Shown: positions 1 to 12,482, counted from the stretch's first letter. The stretch is DNA of 64,000 nucleotides from Haliotis rubra (GCF_003918875.1 NW_025766336.1:992001-1056000); one strand, 5' to 3'. Translations and numbers: made by a program. Notes: generated from the letters alone by a model not told the origin.

Positions 1-316
1 ACGGGAACTTACAGTACTTTTGCTTCCTACATGGACCCTAGCTGGATTCTGTATATAGAAATTATCTTGCAAATGTAACAGTAAGTAAATATAGTCCCCC
101 AATGGAACAGCACAAAGCTAAGTTTGCCATTTCATCTAAGCTGAAACCAACGGAAACCTACATTACCCAGTATCCAATAGGCTTCCGCAACAGCGGAAAC
201 TAAGTCATTTTGCTATGAATGTTTCAGCGACCTGAAACTAAATGGAAACGCATAATGATAGTTTCAGTTGTAGAAACTTGACGGAAACCTAGATTTGTTA
301 GTTTCAGTTTTGTAAA

Positions 317-2243
317 TGTAAGACTTGGGTAATTGCTGTGGTTGCGTAACAATTACGTCTCAAGGTAAAAGGGATGGGCAAGTGTGTCTATTGCGCGAAG
401 TGCTCGAGTCAAAGATGACACAACACAACAAGACAGTAATAATATGTATTAAAATAAAAGGTCTTGGTTACAGGGTTGCAAATTCCGACTGCACAGTCCA
501 GGTGAAACCTAAAAAACAAGTTGGCTTGTTGTCACCTCGACAGTGCAGGCAGAAAGAGCCATTGTACAGATACAATAATGAAAATAGATAATAATCCGAC
601 TGATATATAGGATGTGACGACAATACTTATTAGGGGAAACAATATTATTAGAGAATATATAAACACAATATTGGAACAAAAGTATATGTGCATATATGAG
701 CACACAACCCCAAAGAGTATTTACATAAATAACTTTAATTATATAACCCAAAAGAATCGTCACACCCCTCCTATCAGAGGATTTACATGGGGCCCCACCT
801 GAGGTGAGGTGAAAGTCACAATAACTTTAATGGCCAATGGGAAGTATAAAAATACATATATATATATACACAAAGTGGGGAAAAATTTATACCCAACACA
901 TTTGGAATATATGGAAACCGGTTTGATTGATATAAACAATAGCCACGACAGGACACCTGGCCTGTACGACACATGTGGCTAAAGGAAATGGGGTATGACT
1001 GCCTGTTGGATGATCATACTAGTCAATATGAGGCTAGCTCCAACAGAATGTCAATACACCCAGTAGGTACACCACTTGGGGCTACCCAGAATGAACACCT
1101 AATTGTAGTAAAATACATTGATAAGATGTAATAAATGGATATTACATGATTTACATTACTACAATTTGCAGGTATATTATTGGCCATATAATATAATACA
1201 TTATATTATTATTGAATAAACTGGGACTTCACTTTCACATCAAGTGGGGAAACATACTAAAATATGATTGATATAGTTGCATGGTCCCGGTAGTCAATGC
1301 TATGTTAGGATAAACATGAAGCAGACGATGGACCCTAGTTTTGTTTACATCCGGTGCAGCCATTTTGTAATGGAGCCGGACGGGAGCCGGAGAATGCCGA
1401 GGAGAGCCGAAGACAGCCCAGGCTGTGTGCTGCTCAGTGGAGAAGTCAGCACTGGTCAGTGAGCATGACCGCCACTAATTGGTTCCAGATGATACCATGA
1501 TACTCTAACTGAGCACATGGTTTGGAAACCGGGACAGTGATACAGCCACTTTTTAATTTAGATTAAAATGGCAAAAGAGTTCTGTTGTTAGCAGCAACAA
1601 GTCGTAAATAAATGGAATTTTGAACTTAGCAATGAGCTAGAGACAATTTTGACTGGCAGGTCAAATAAGCAAATTAATGCTAAACACACAAAGTACTTTA
1701 CTAAAATGAATTTCTAGATGAAAATATATTACAATGAGTACATGTCATTTATTCTTGCCATCGAGTGCACGTTTGGACAGTCACAGATGAGTGACCTTTC
1801 GCCAGTTTGGCACAGCAAGAATAATTGATGACAGTGACCCAACACTTGTTTTAATTGTGATTTATCAAATTAAAAAATACATTAATTTAAAAGCCGCAGA
1901 TAATTACTTATCCTGCTAACAACATAACTATGCATTGGAATTTAATACAGAAGACCTAGTTGCAATATGGAAGCAAACTGAGGTTCTTACCTAAAAAACA
2001 AGTTGGCTTGTTGTCACCTCGACAGTGCAGGCAGAAAGAGGAAGATTTCAGGCTTGGGGGTCCCACGCTCCCTCTTGCCCCTGTCATGTGACAACATAGC
2101 CCCTGGGGATTGGCTAAAAAACTGTTGCTATGGAAACCATGGCACCAGTGCCTTGAGCCCCAGAACCCTATCAGATAACTGGTAAAGGGCAGGATATTGG
2201 GTTACTTGTGCAAGAGACTAGGACAAAATATCCAGCCTTTACA
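317..2243 (-). repeat. 3' LTR (full length, 1927 bp)
   Basis: Starts tgtaagacttggg and ends ccagcctttaca; matches 5837-6488 at both ends; abuts the PPT; contains a 52-bp internal direct repeat at 507-558 and 1989-2040. Confidence 0.93.
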
Positions 2244-4536
2244 CTCTCCCCCCCTTTAAGGAAATTTTGTCACCCGAACTGAAATTGGTAAATACAAATA
2301 CATGATTAAACAATGCTTCAGCTGAACAATACTTCTTCCCAAATGGATCCCAGGAAAAGAACCTAGTGCTTCGTCGCTGGCGCTGGGATCTACGAGGAGC
2401 TTCCGGCAAGGTCATGATAATAGTCTCCTCACAGGGGAGAGACTGGAGTGGCTCGTCAGCGGCAACTGGATCACTTATAGCAGAGTCCACAGAGTTCTCA
2501 GATAGGTCTGGCTCACAACCAGATGATTCTACCGGATCACAAGAAGCGATGAGCGATGTATCCTCATTGTCCGGATCTTCAGGCAGCCCATCTTCTCTCC
2601 CTTGTAGTTCTCCTGAGTCCCCACTCTCCATGGGTTCTGATGGAGCAGCTTTGGCTTCCACTGCAACCGTTTCACAGGTGAGGGGTGCTGCAGTGGTTGC
2701 CTCATTCTGCATACCGGGAACCACTTGGATAGCAGGGACTTCCTCTACAGTAGGTTGTGTGTATGGCAGCGCCTGTTCTTGTGGTTCAAAGGGTTGAGCC
2801 TCAGGGTTCAAGCTGCTAGTGGGTACAGCTCCAATAGGTTCAGGCTGTGGATACCATACATTGACAGTGTGTACTTCATCTTCAGAGGATTCCAAGATGT
2901 TCTCCGGTTGATGATTTCGGGCTCTGGATCTGGTGACAGGCCGCCTGTGACACTGGTTTCTTTCTGGTTCATCCATTTCTAGGGGCAATGAACCAACAGG
3001 AAGTAAGAGGTTGCGATGGTAAGTCTTTGAGGGCCCGTCTCCATTTTCTGGTCGAACAACATAGACAGGCAGTTCACCTTGGCGACGTTCAACAATGAAG
3101 ACTCCCGACTTCCATCTGTCAGCGATGTTATGTTTTCCTTTGACCCCAATGTTGCGGACAAGCACCCGGTCACCTGGTTCCAATACTGCTGCATGAACCT
3201 TTCGGTCATAGTAACCCTTGTTGCGAATTGCTGACTTTTGGGCATTCTCCCTGGCCACATGGAATGCAAACTGGAGTCGGTCCCACAGATCTTTGACATA
3301 CTGTTGAGGTCCTTTTGAAGTCCTGCTGTCAGGATCTGTTCCAAACACCATGTCTACTGGTAGGTGCGCATGACGGCCGAACATGAGGTAGTATGGTGAG
3401 TAGCCTGTGGTGTCATGTGCAATGCAGTTGTACGCATGGGCTAGAGGTCCAACATATTTTCTCCAGTCTTTCTTTTGGCTGTGGTTGAGAGCGCCGAGCA
3501 TATCCAAGAGTGTACGATTCATCCTTTCGGTCACACCATTGCACCTTGGGTTGTATGGTGACGTTCTTATTTTCTTGATGCCAGCAATATCGCACAACTT
3601 CTTGATAACTTTTGATTCAAAGTCCCGTCCTTGATCCGACAGTAGGTGCTGAGGGTAACCATAGTGACAGATGAGGTTTTCCCATAAAGCTTTGGCTACA
3701 GTGGTAGCTTTCTGATCCTTTGTTGGAACTGCCATTGCGTACTTTGTGAAGTGGTCCATGATCACCAGTACGTTTTCAAAGCCACCATTGTCTGGTTCGA
3801 TGGACAGATAGTCAATGCAGACTAGTTCAAGTGGGACAGATGGTAAGATGGCTTCCAGTGGTGCAGTTTCTTTCCTGGCTTTCCTCCTGATACATCTTTC
3901 ACAGTTTGAACAATAAGTTTGGATAGAGGTGGCCATTAATGGCCAGAAAAATCTCTGGCGGGCAAGGGATAAAGTGCTGTTGCTGCAAGGATGTCCAACT
4001 TGATCATGAACTCCATGAATTGCCTCCTTGCGATATTGTTTGGGGATGACCAGCTGTTGTCGTTCTATACCCTTGGCATCAGTGACCATTCTGTAGAGGA
4101 TGTCATCTTTAATTATAAGCTTCTCCAATTCTCGCAGGTAGACATGCATGTCGGGAGGGATTTTGGATGTCTCTGATTTGCATGGTCCCTCCTTTGACTT
4201 GATGTGGGAAATCTCCGAATCCAAGCCCTGCGCTGTTTTCCAATCCACTGATGACTGAGCTCTATCAAGGACTGTAGGTGGCTTCACCAAACTGTCAGGA
4301 ACTGCTTTCTTGGAACTGGACAGAGCTTCCACCAGAACAGGTTCTTCAGTGCTGGACATGACAGCGTTTTGAGAGTATGCCATGCATTTCTTTTCTTGCC
4401 TGCTTATTTCTTTGAGATTCCCTTGCTGCCTACCCTCTGGACTGCTGTGAATGCCATGACATTGAAGAATAGCCCGGATTGAGCATGAGGAACACTCCAC
4501 CAGATTCTGGAGCAGCGTGGGGTGTGCTCCAAGCAA
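2239..4536 (-). pseudogene. Gypsy integrase (HHCC zinc finger, DDE core, C-terminal domain), frameshifted from RNase H
   Basis: HDQVGH..CERC; PLELVCIDY; LSDQGRDFES; YNPRCNGVTERMNRTL; TGYSPYYLMFGR; PGDRVLVR. Confidence 0.92.
2244..2257 (-). promoter_or_regulatory. Polypurine tract
   Basis: Minus strand AAAGGGGGGGAGAG immediately before the 3' LTR. Confidence 0.9.
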
Positions 4537-5671
4537 TCAACCAGTCTATTCTTTCAGTGTCTTGTTTAAACTCTAGATCTTCTTCTTGAGATTCCTGTGG
4601 CAAGCGGCTTAAAGCATCTGCATCAGTCATCTGCACTCCTGGTCGATACTTGATGTTAAAGTTGTAGGCTGCTAGGGCTGCTAACCATCGGTATCCCATG
4701 GCATCAACTTTCGCCGACTTCAGGACATATGTAAGGGGATTGTTGTCTGTTACGACTGTGAATTCCGAACCATACAGGTAGTCATGGAACTTGTCAGTAA
4801 CAGCCCACTTCAATGCTAGAAATTCGCGCTTGTGTGCTGGATAATTTGCCTCACTTTTAGAAAGACCTCGGCTTGCATAGGCGATGACCTTCAGGCTACC
4901 GCATTGTTGTTGGTAAAGGACAGCTCCGAGTCCAGTGCCACTGGCGTCAGTGTGGAGTTCAAAAGGGGCAGACAGGTCAGCATAGCCTAACACAGGAGGA
5001 GTGGTTAGTTTTTCCTTGATCTTCTCAAAAGCTGTTTGGCATTTCTCTGTCCACTTATCCCCAAAAGGCGTCTTCAGGGTGAGGTTGTTCTTCCCAGGAG
5101 TTCTTCCGAGTTTTAGCATGGTCTTTCCTTGTTGGGCCCATTCTTCAAAGGCTACCTCTCCAGCTTTGATGGGTTTTGTACCAGAGAAGGTCTTCAATCT
5201 GAAGTAGCTGGATGAGGGACGATCCCAATTCACCAGCACCTGTTGTGGGTCTGGGCGTACAGTGCTACCGCTACCCACAACCCCAGCACTCGAGCTTGCA
5301 ACATTAGAGTCGCTAGCGGCTGGGGATTCTGAGTGGGCAGCAGCAACATCGTTAGCCGCCAGAACAGGTGTGGGAGTTGTTGGATTTGGTTTGATGGATC
5401 CGGTGCTGGTCGTAGCTGATGGAAGCTGTCGTAATAGCAGTTGGAACTCTTCCAGCATCTGCGACTTTATCGCCTCCATCATCAGGGCTGTCTTCCTGTC
5501 CAGGGCCTGATCTACTGCCCTGGCCACGACGTCTTCTAGAGAGGATCCTTCCCGAACCAAGTTCACTTTCATAACTTGATACTCCTCCTCTCTGATGAGT
5601 ACAGTGTCCCCAAGCTTAAGACAACATAGTGTCCAAGAGCTCAGAGTTCGTGAGCGAGGACATGTTGACAA
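4430..5671 (-). pseudogene. Gag (PNMA-like capsid start) fused in frame to the RT-connection/RNase H region; protease and RT core deleted
   Basis: YFRLKTFSGTKPIKAGEVAFEEW (PNMA-type Gag) is followed within ~25 aa by WTEKCQTAFEKIKEKLTTPPVLGYAD, LHTDASGTGLGAVL, YASRGL, KREFLALKWAV and VTDNNPL. No DSG/DTG or YLDD motif. Confidence 0.88.
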
Positions 5672-5817
5672 AAATAGGAGATGAGGTTGAGGTACTGAGA
5701 ATTCTTAGTTGACTAAGGCAACTAAGGGTAGGAGTATAGATACAAAATTATGCCTTATGTGCCAATGAGTGTATATCTTTGACCGTTGAGGGGTACTATG
5801 GGCGCTTGCGACACTTT

Positions 5818-5835
5818 GCCCCACGTTGGGCGCCA
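5818..5835 (-). promoter_or_regulatory. Primer-binding site for tRNA-Lys(CUU)
   Basis: Minus strand reads TGGCGCCCAACGTGGGGC, the classical 18-nt tRNA-Lys1,2 PBS, 1 nt from the 5' LTR end. Confidence 0.92.
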
Positions 5836-5836
5836 A

Positions 5837-6488
5837 TGTAAGACTTGGGTAATTGCTGTGGTTGCGTAACAATTACGTCTCAAAGTAAAAGGGATGGGCA
5901 AGTGTGTCTATTGCGCGAAGTGCTCGAGTCAAAGATGACACAACACAAAAAGACAGTAATAATATGTATTAAAATAAAAGGTCTTGGTTACAGGGTTGCA
6001 ATTCCGACTGCACAGTCCAGGTGAAACCTAAAAAACAAGTTGGCTTGTTGTCACCTCGACAGTGCAGGCAGAAAGAGCCATTGTACAGATACAATAATGA
6101 AAATAAATAATAATCCGACTGATATATAGGATGTGACGACAATACTTATTAGGGGAAACAATATTATTAGAGAATATATAAACACAATACTGGAACAAAA
6201 GTATATGTGCATATATGAGCACACAACCCCAAAGAGTATTTACATAAATAACTTTAATTATATAACCCAAAAGAATCGTCACACCCCTCCTATCAGAGGA
6301 TTTACATGGGGCCCCACCTGAGGTGAGGTGAAAGTCACAATAACTTTAATGGCCAATGGGAAGTATAAAAATACATATATATATACACAAAGTGGGGAAA
6401 AATTTATACCCAACACATTTGGAATATATGAAAACCGGTTTGATTGATATAAACAATAGAGACTAGGACAAAATATCCAGCCTTTACA
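5837..6488 (-). repeat. 5' LTR (652 bp, carrying a ~1.27-kb deletion)
   Basis: Near-identical to 317-942 joined to 2215-2243 through an AG microhomology; abuts the PBS. Confidence 0.93.
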
Positions 6489-7238
6489 TAAACTATGCGG
6501 AAACTCGCATTGTCTGTTTCCGGATACTGAAACCTAGCGGAAACCTACATTACCCAGTATCCATTTGGTTTCCGCAAGAACGGAAACCAAGTTATTTTTG
6601 CTGTGTAAGCTGTCGTTGGTGTTTCGCAACTAAAATTTCATCTGCCAGAACTCTAGATCGTTGGGCGCGTGGTTATCGTGTCCACAAAGCCGCTCTGTTG
6701 AATTTTGCATCTGTATCTTCTATCGCACACATCATTACGGTCTGCTATTGATCAGCATTAATGCGATCTGAAAGGATTATTGATAAAGAGCAAATATATT
6801 TACGCGGCCCCCATTATCTCTCTTTTCGCACTGTATGCCGTTGTTTATAGTTAATTTACCACCATAAAGAATAAACAACAAAACCAGTATTTATACACAA
6901 CGACAAGGCCGAAACACAGTTGTATGTTTACTAGGTCGATAGATGGAGTGTTGCATAATGTATAACTTTCTTAAAAAACAGTTACAGTTACAACTGTTCA
7001 GTTACTAACAACCGCATGGACGTTGAAACTGTTATATGTATCTATATCGTTCGTGTGAATGATCCTGCCGAAGAAGCAATATGCTCGTAATGTCTGTAAA
7101 GCTCTAAGTTTGTAATGTCTGAATCCGGGGTATTGGGTTGGTAAAATGAGAAGCAATGTGTTTAAGTGGGGTGGATGGGTTAAAACGTAGGAGAGACCCA
7201 TGTGGATGTAAGAGTAGGTAGACGAGAAGTGGGCGGGT

Positions 7239-8442
7239 GGGTACCTGAGAAGTTTGCGGGTTGGTTTAGTGGACAGCTAAGGAGTCGGTGGGTGGGTTAG
7301 CGGGTACCTGAGAAGTTGGCGGGTTGGTTTAGTGGATAGCTAAGGAATCGGTGGGTGTGTGGGTGGGTTAGCGGGTACCTGACAAGTTGGCGGGTTGGTT
7401 TAGTGGATAGCTAAGGAGTTGGTGGGTGGGTTAGCGGGTACCTGAGACGTTGGCGGGTTGGTTTAGTGGATAGCTAAGGGGTCGGTGGGTGGGTGGGTGT
7501 GTGAGCGGATACCTGAGAAGTTGGCGGGTTGGTTTAGTGGATAGCTAAGGAGTGGGTGGGTGAGTGAGTTTGTGGGTACCTGAGAAGTTGGCGGGTGGGT
7601 TTAGTGGACAGCTAAGGAGTCGGTGGGTGAGTCAGTGGGTACCTGAGAAGTTGGCGGGTTGGTTAAGTGGACAGCTAAGGAGTCGGTGGGTGGACGGGTG
7701 GGTGGGTTAGCGGGTACCTGAGAAGTTGGCGGGCTGGTTTAGTGGACAGCTAAGGAGTCGGTGGGTGGGTTAGTGGGTACCTGAGAAGTTGACGGGTTGG
7801 TTTAGTGGATAGCTAAGGAGTCGGTGGATGGGTGGGTTAGCGGGTACCTGAGAAGTTGGCGGGTTGGTTTAGTGGATAGCTAAGGAGTCGGTGGGTGGGT
7901 GGGTTAGCGGGTACCTGAGACGTTGGCGGGTTGGTTTAGTGGATAGCTAAGGAGTCGGTGGGTGGGTTAGCGGATACCTGAGAAGTTGGCGGGTGGGTTT
8001 AGTGGATAGCTAAGGAGTCGGTGGGTGGGTTAGCGGGTACCTGAAAAGTTGGCGGGTTGGTTTAGTGGACAGCTAAGGAGTGGGTTAGCGGATACCTGAG
8101 AAGTTGGCGGGTGGGTTTAGTGGGTAGCTAAGGAGTGGGTGGGTGGGTTAGTGGGTACCTGAGAAGTTGGCGGGTGGGTTTAGTGGACAGCTAAGGAGTC
8201 GGTGGGTGAGTTAGTGGGTACCTGAGAAGTTGGCGGGTTGGTTTAGTGGACAGCTAAGGAGTCCGTGGGTGGGTGGGTTAGCGGGTACCTGAGAAGTTGG
8301 CGGGTTGGTTAAGTGGACAGCTAAGGAGTCGGTGGGTGGGTTAGTGGGTACCTGAGAAGTTGACGGGTTGGTTTAGTGGATAGCTAAGGAGTCGGTGGGT
8401 GGGTTGGTTAGCGGGTACCTGAGACGTTGGCGGGTTGGTTTA
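7239..8442 (+). repeat. G-rich minisatellite, ~19 units of ~55-75 bp
   Basis: Unit GGGTACCTGAGAAGTTGGCGGGTTGGTTTAGTGGATAGCTAAGGAGTCGGT(GGGT)nTAGC with a variable number of GGGT. Confidence 0.97.
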
Positions 8443-8532
8443 GGATAGTAAGTAGATGAGAAGTGGACAGGCAAGTTAGTAGGTAGTTGAGAAGTATGTG
8501 GGTGGGTTAGTTGGTAGGGTAGCTTAAGAGCG

Positions 8533-8847
8533 GATGGGTTAGTAAGTAGATGAGATGTATGTGGATGGGTTAGTAAGTAGATGAGATGTATGTGGATAGG
8601 TTAGTAAGTAGATGAGATGTATGTGGATGGGTTAGTAAGTAGATGAGATGTATGGGGATGGGTTAGTAAGTAGATGAGATGTATGTGAATGGGTTAGTAA
8701 GTAGATGAGATGTATGTAGGCGGGTTAGTAAGTAGATGAGATGTATGTGGATGGGTTAATAAGTAGATTAGATGTATGTAGGCGGGTTAGTAAGTAGATG
8801 AGATGTATGTGGATGGGTTAGTAAGTAGATGAGATGTATGTGGATAG
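8533..8847 (+). repeat. 31-bp minisatellite, ~10 copies
   Basis: Unit GGGTTAGTAAGTAGATGAGATGTATGTGGAT. Confidence 0.96.
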
Positions 8848-9419
8848 GTGGGACAAGAAGTAGAAGTGTGTGGATGATTTAGTCATGAGTCAAACTACAC
8901 CAACACAAGTAAGAGAAAATGATAATAATTTACATATTACTTAAGAGTCATCCATTTAGCTATTACATCCTTTCCCATGTGTTACGATTACAGATTTGAG
9001 ATACAATTTGGGAGTCAACCAAAACGTATCGGCTATAAAGTGGATCTTTGTATGGGAATAATTTTGTTCCTCGAAAACAAAACATCACAAAAATATATTG
9101 TCCCTTATCTACAGGCTGTTTTCACTACGTGGCCTAACTTACACATAGCGTGTGTAACCTCTCTGACGATTAACGTCATAGAAAACAAAACATTTTCGTC
9201 ATTTATGGCAAGCCATTTATAACAGTGGATAAGAAACGTTATGTACACAAGGGTATAAGCATTCCTCCAAAGGAGAGTTACAAGGAAGAAAATGTGTTCA
9301 TAGTAACTGTTATTTACAAGTTAAGATGAGGATGCAGGTTTAATGGTAATATCCAATGGGGTTAAGAGTCTTTCTGGAATGAATACAGGTTTGTAATGAC
9401 ATCTGAGCGTAGAGGTGTA

Positions 9420-11480
9420 GATCACACGTTTCTGGGGTGACAGGGGGTCTGCAGGACAACAGACATGCCACCAACTGATTTGGCGTGTAGTGCTACACTT
9501 ACTTCTGGCGGACTGACGTCAATGAGGGAGCACCACAAAATGTCTCTCTGGCACTGGTAGCTGGGACAGTGACAGATCACATGAGTCGAGAAATCATTAT
9601 AATGCTGCCCACAGTTTGGGCAATCACAACACACCAAATCGCACACATGTTGACAAGAAGGTTTGCAGCAGGCTTCAGCCATGGGTCGGAATTCGCCACA
9701 TGCCATGCCATGTGGGTGGAGGTCTCAGATTTTATCCACATAAAATGATTAAAATATTTTTCCCACTTCGATTGACTTGGGAATGTCCTTGCTTTCAGGA
9801 AAGCGTTCAGATAATTGGTTAAGTCATACTTGTCCAGTATAGTGCATATGTCGGGCACATAACCCAACTTCAACTTGGTGTGGGTATGTCTGAGTAGCGA
9901 TAGGCGGGTTATGAACAACTTTCTTGGGAGAAATTCTGCTTTGGAATTACATAACTGTCCTAAGAAGAACAGCTTTCTGGTATCAATTGATGCCTCAATG
10001 GCGTTCCAACCGACAAGTGCGTTACAAATACAGGTCCGTGTGTTACTTGGGAAACCCTGAGCAATTTTCAGACAGAATCTTTGAGCACGCTCGAGGGCAG
10101 TGACTTCTGATTTAGAAAGCTCCGTCCACAGTTCACACCCATATAAAGCTTTGGGTAAGCGGGTTGTTCTTATTACTTTGAGGCTTGTCAGTGTGTTGAG
10201 TCCGTTTTGGTGTACACCAGACTTTATAAGAGCCATTGCCGTACCTTTTAATTTTCTACATGCTTCGAGAGTTCTGTCCCATGAGTTGAAACCAGCATCC
10301 AGTTGTATCCCCACATGTGTTATTTCAGTACAGTGTGGCAGGGATTTTCCATAAAGCGTCACTTCAGAATCGCGGGCCTTTGTTTTACTGAAGGTAAGTA
10401 TTTTACTCTTAGTAGGGGAAAACGTAAATCTCCACTGAGAGCTGTATCTCTCACAAGTGGACAGAAGATCCTGGATGCCACCGATAAGAGGGCTGATTAA
10501 AGTGATGTCATCAGCCTGTGTTGGGGCTGTTACAATTGACATCGCAGACGACAGCTCCCGTCTTGCTTGCAGATAGATTTCTCAACAGTTCATCAATGTA
10601 CACTATATTTTTTTTTTTATAAGTAGAACTTGGCAGATAAAATACTGCCCTGACGAACCCCTCTATATAAAGGAAACCACTGTGATTGCACATGATTAAT
10701 CAAGACACTATACTTGTCATATCGATGTAGGCGTTATCTATTAGTCTCCACAGGGAGTCCTTGATTTTCAGCTTTTTCAACTTCAAAAGGAGGTCAGGAT
10801 GGCAGACTGTATCAACGCTATAGAGCTGTCGAGGAATGCTACATGGACAGCATCAGATCTCTCCGTGCAGTGGACTGCAGTCTCCTGGACCATAAATGAT
10901 GTATGCATTGATGATATGCCTTTCTGGAAACCAAACTGTTCATGGCTGTTCATGAACTTCACACATTACCTGTGGCATTCGTTTGCCTATAATAAGTTCA
11001 AATAGTTAAAACACCACTGGCAGAAGGGTTATACCTCTGTATGAGTCGACTGCAGATCTCGACTTGTTTCCACCTTTGAATATAGGTATTACAATGCCTC
11101 TTTTCCAGGAGTGAGGTATGTAGCCCGATTTCAGTACGAGATTAAACAGGACAGAGAGACAGCGTGATAAACTTTACCTCCATACTTCAAATGTTCATAT
11201 GTGATACCATCTTCACCAGCAACTTTGTTGTTTTTAAGAGTTCGACACAAATCATATACTTCTTGGGGCGTTGTAAGCAGACCGTCAGCTGTAGGTTGTT
11301 GTCTGGACAACTCGTCTCTAATGTCGGCCACTTGTTTGTCGATCTCGGCTTTAAAGTTTTCGTCATAGTGGTCTTCTGTAACATTACTGTAGACATGTCT
11401 CAGGTGATCTGCCATTGTTTCAGGTAATTCTTTAGCGTCGCGAATCACTCCGTTTTTAGTTTTGAGGCTTGATATTTGTG
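9420..11480 (-). mobile_element. 5'-truncated, frameshifted non-LTR retrotransposon (LINE) ORF2: RT domain plus C-terminal zinc knuckle
   Basis: LKNNKVAGEDGITYEHLKYGG (RT domain 0); YRGITLLPVVF; QFGFQKG; PTQADDITLIS (YADD-equivalent); WRFTFSPTKSK; LYGCELW; CPNCG..HVICHCP. Confidence 0.88.
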
Positions 11481-11913
11481 GCCAGGCTGGTGCAGTCATA
11501 ATTGGCAGTTTCATATGTTTACCCTTTAGCCCGACCCCTAACACGAGTTCGTTATCTCGCAGTTGATAGCAGACACTGAACCTTGGCAAATCCGGACTTG
11601 CTTTATTTAGAGCTTCAGTATTGCAGAAAGGGAAATATCGCGACTAACTGCCACTAATGCCACATTCAGTTTGAATGTTCTCGAGTGTTTTACCACGATG
11701 TTTTCAGGTCGCATCACGTGACAGCTTTTACTAACTTTTCGTTGTGACATAACTTCACCATATTACTTGTTTCATGATATTTGTATCAATCAATTCTGTT
11801 TAAGTAATAAGTTAATATTATACAAAAGAACCGTGATATCACTATGCCCTATCATAGGAAAGATTACAATTTTATGTCTGTTGATGCAGTAATCAACAAT
11901 ATGGAAGTAAATG

Positions 11914-12482
11914 CAGGCGCGTAGCAAGCCATTTTTTCCGTATAAGCCCGATAGGTTGCAAAGCTTTATATACTTATCTTCAAAAGTTTGGACTCACTTA
12001 AAACACTCACTAGGTTATGTGTACACATATGGTTACATCGAAGATTGATTTCTCCACTAACTTGGGGGAACCAACTGCAAACTTTATGCAGCTGAGTTAC
12101 ACGAGGATCATGCATCAAATTGCTGAAAAGCATGTGTAAAGATCGTGCATGTGAACAGCTGCGTTCTGGAGTAAAGTTTTGTTAATAATTCGCAAATTTT
12201 CACTGATTTTCATCACTTACTGAACTCATGACAATCTTTTCAACGTTACGAATTTGTTTTACAATACATTAGTTCATGTGTAAACAGTACCTTTAAACAG
12301 TATGGCATATTTTGCAAAACTTAGTCGAGAACAGTTGCCTGAAGTAAGTGTCTATACTTACACTAGCGAGTCTAAACTTTTTATGGGAAGTATAGTTAGT
12401 TAGTATTGGGGCTTGCCCAACTTTCATTTTCAAAATCATGTGTACAAGCCCGGGCTTTTTAGTGATGGTTGCTACGCCCCTG
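11914..12482. mobile_element. Non-autonomous DNA transposon (MITE), CAGG-terminated
   Basis: TIRs CAGGCGCGTAGCAAGC / GGTTGCTACGCCCCTG; no coding capacity. Confidence 0.6.

Larger units (their letters stand above)
317..6488 (-). mobile_element. Ty3/Gypsy LTR retrotransposon, internally deleted (non-autonomous), recent insertion
   Basis: TGT..ACA termini; 4-bp TSD TAAA at 313-316 and 6489-6492; two LTRs; PBS and PPT; gag, RNase H and integrase in Gypsy order (RNase H before integrase) on the minus strand. Confidence 0.96.

Noticed and set aside
325-972. Short ORFs repeated at 6028-6321
   Set aside because: They are incidental frames inside the two LTR copies.
7239-8847. CRISPR-like array
   Set aside because: The units are contiguous tandem repeats without unique spacers; the context is eukaryotic and there are no cas genes.
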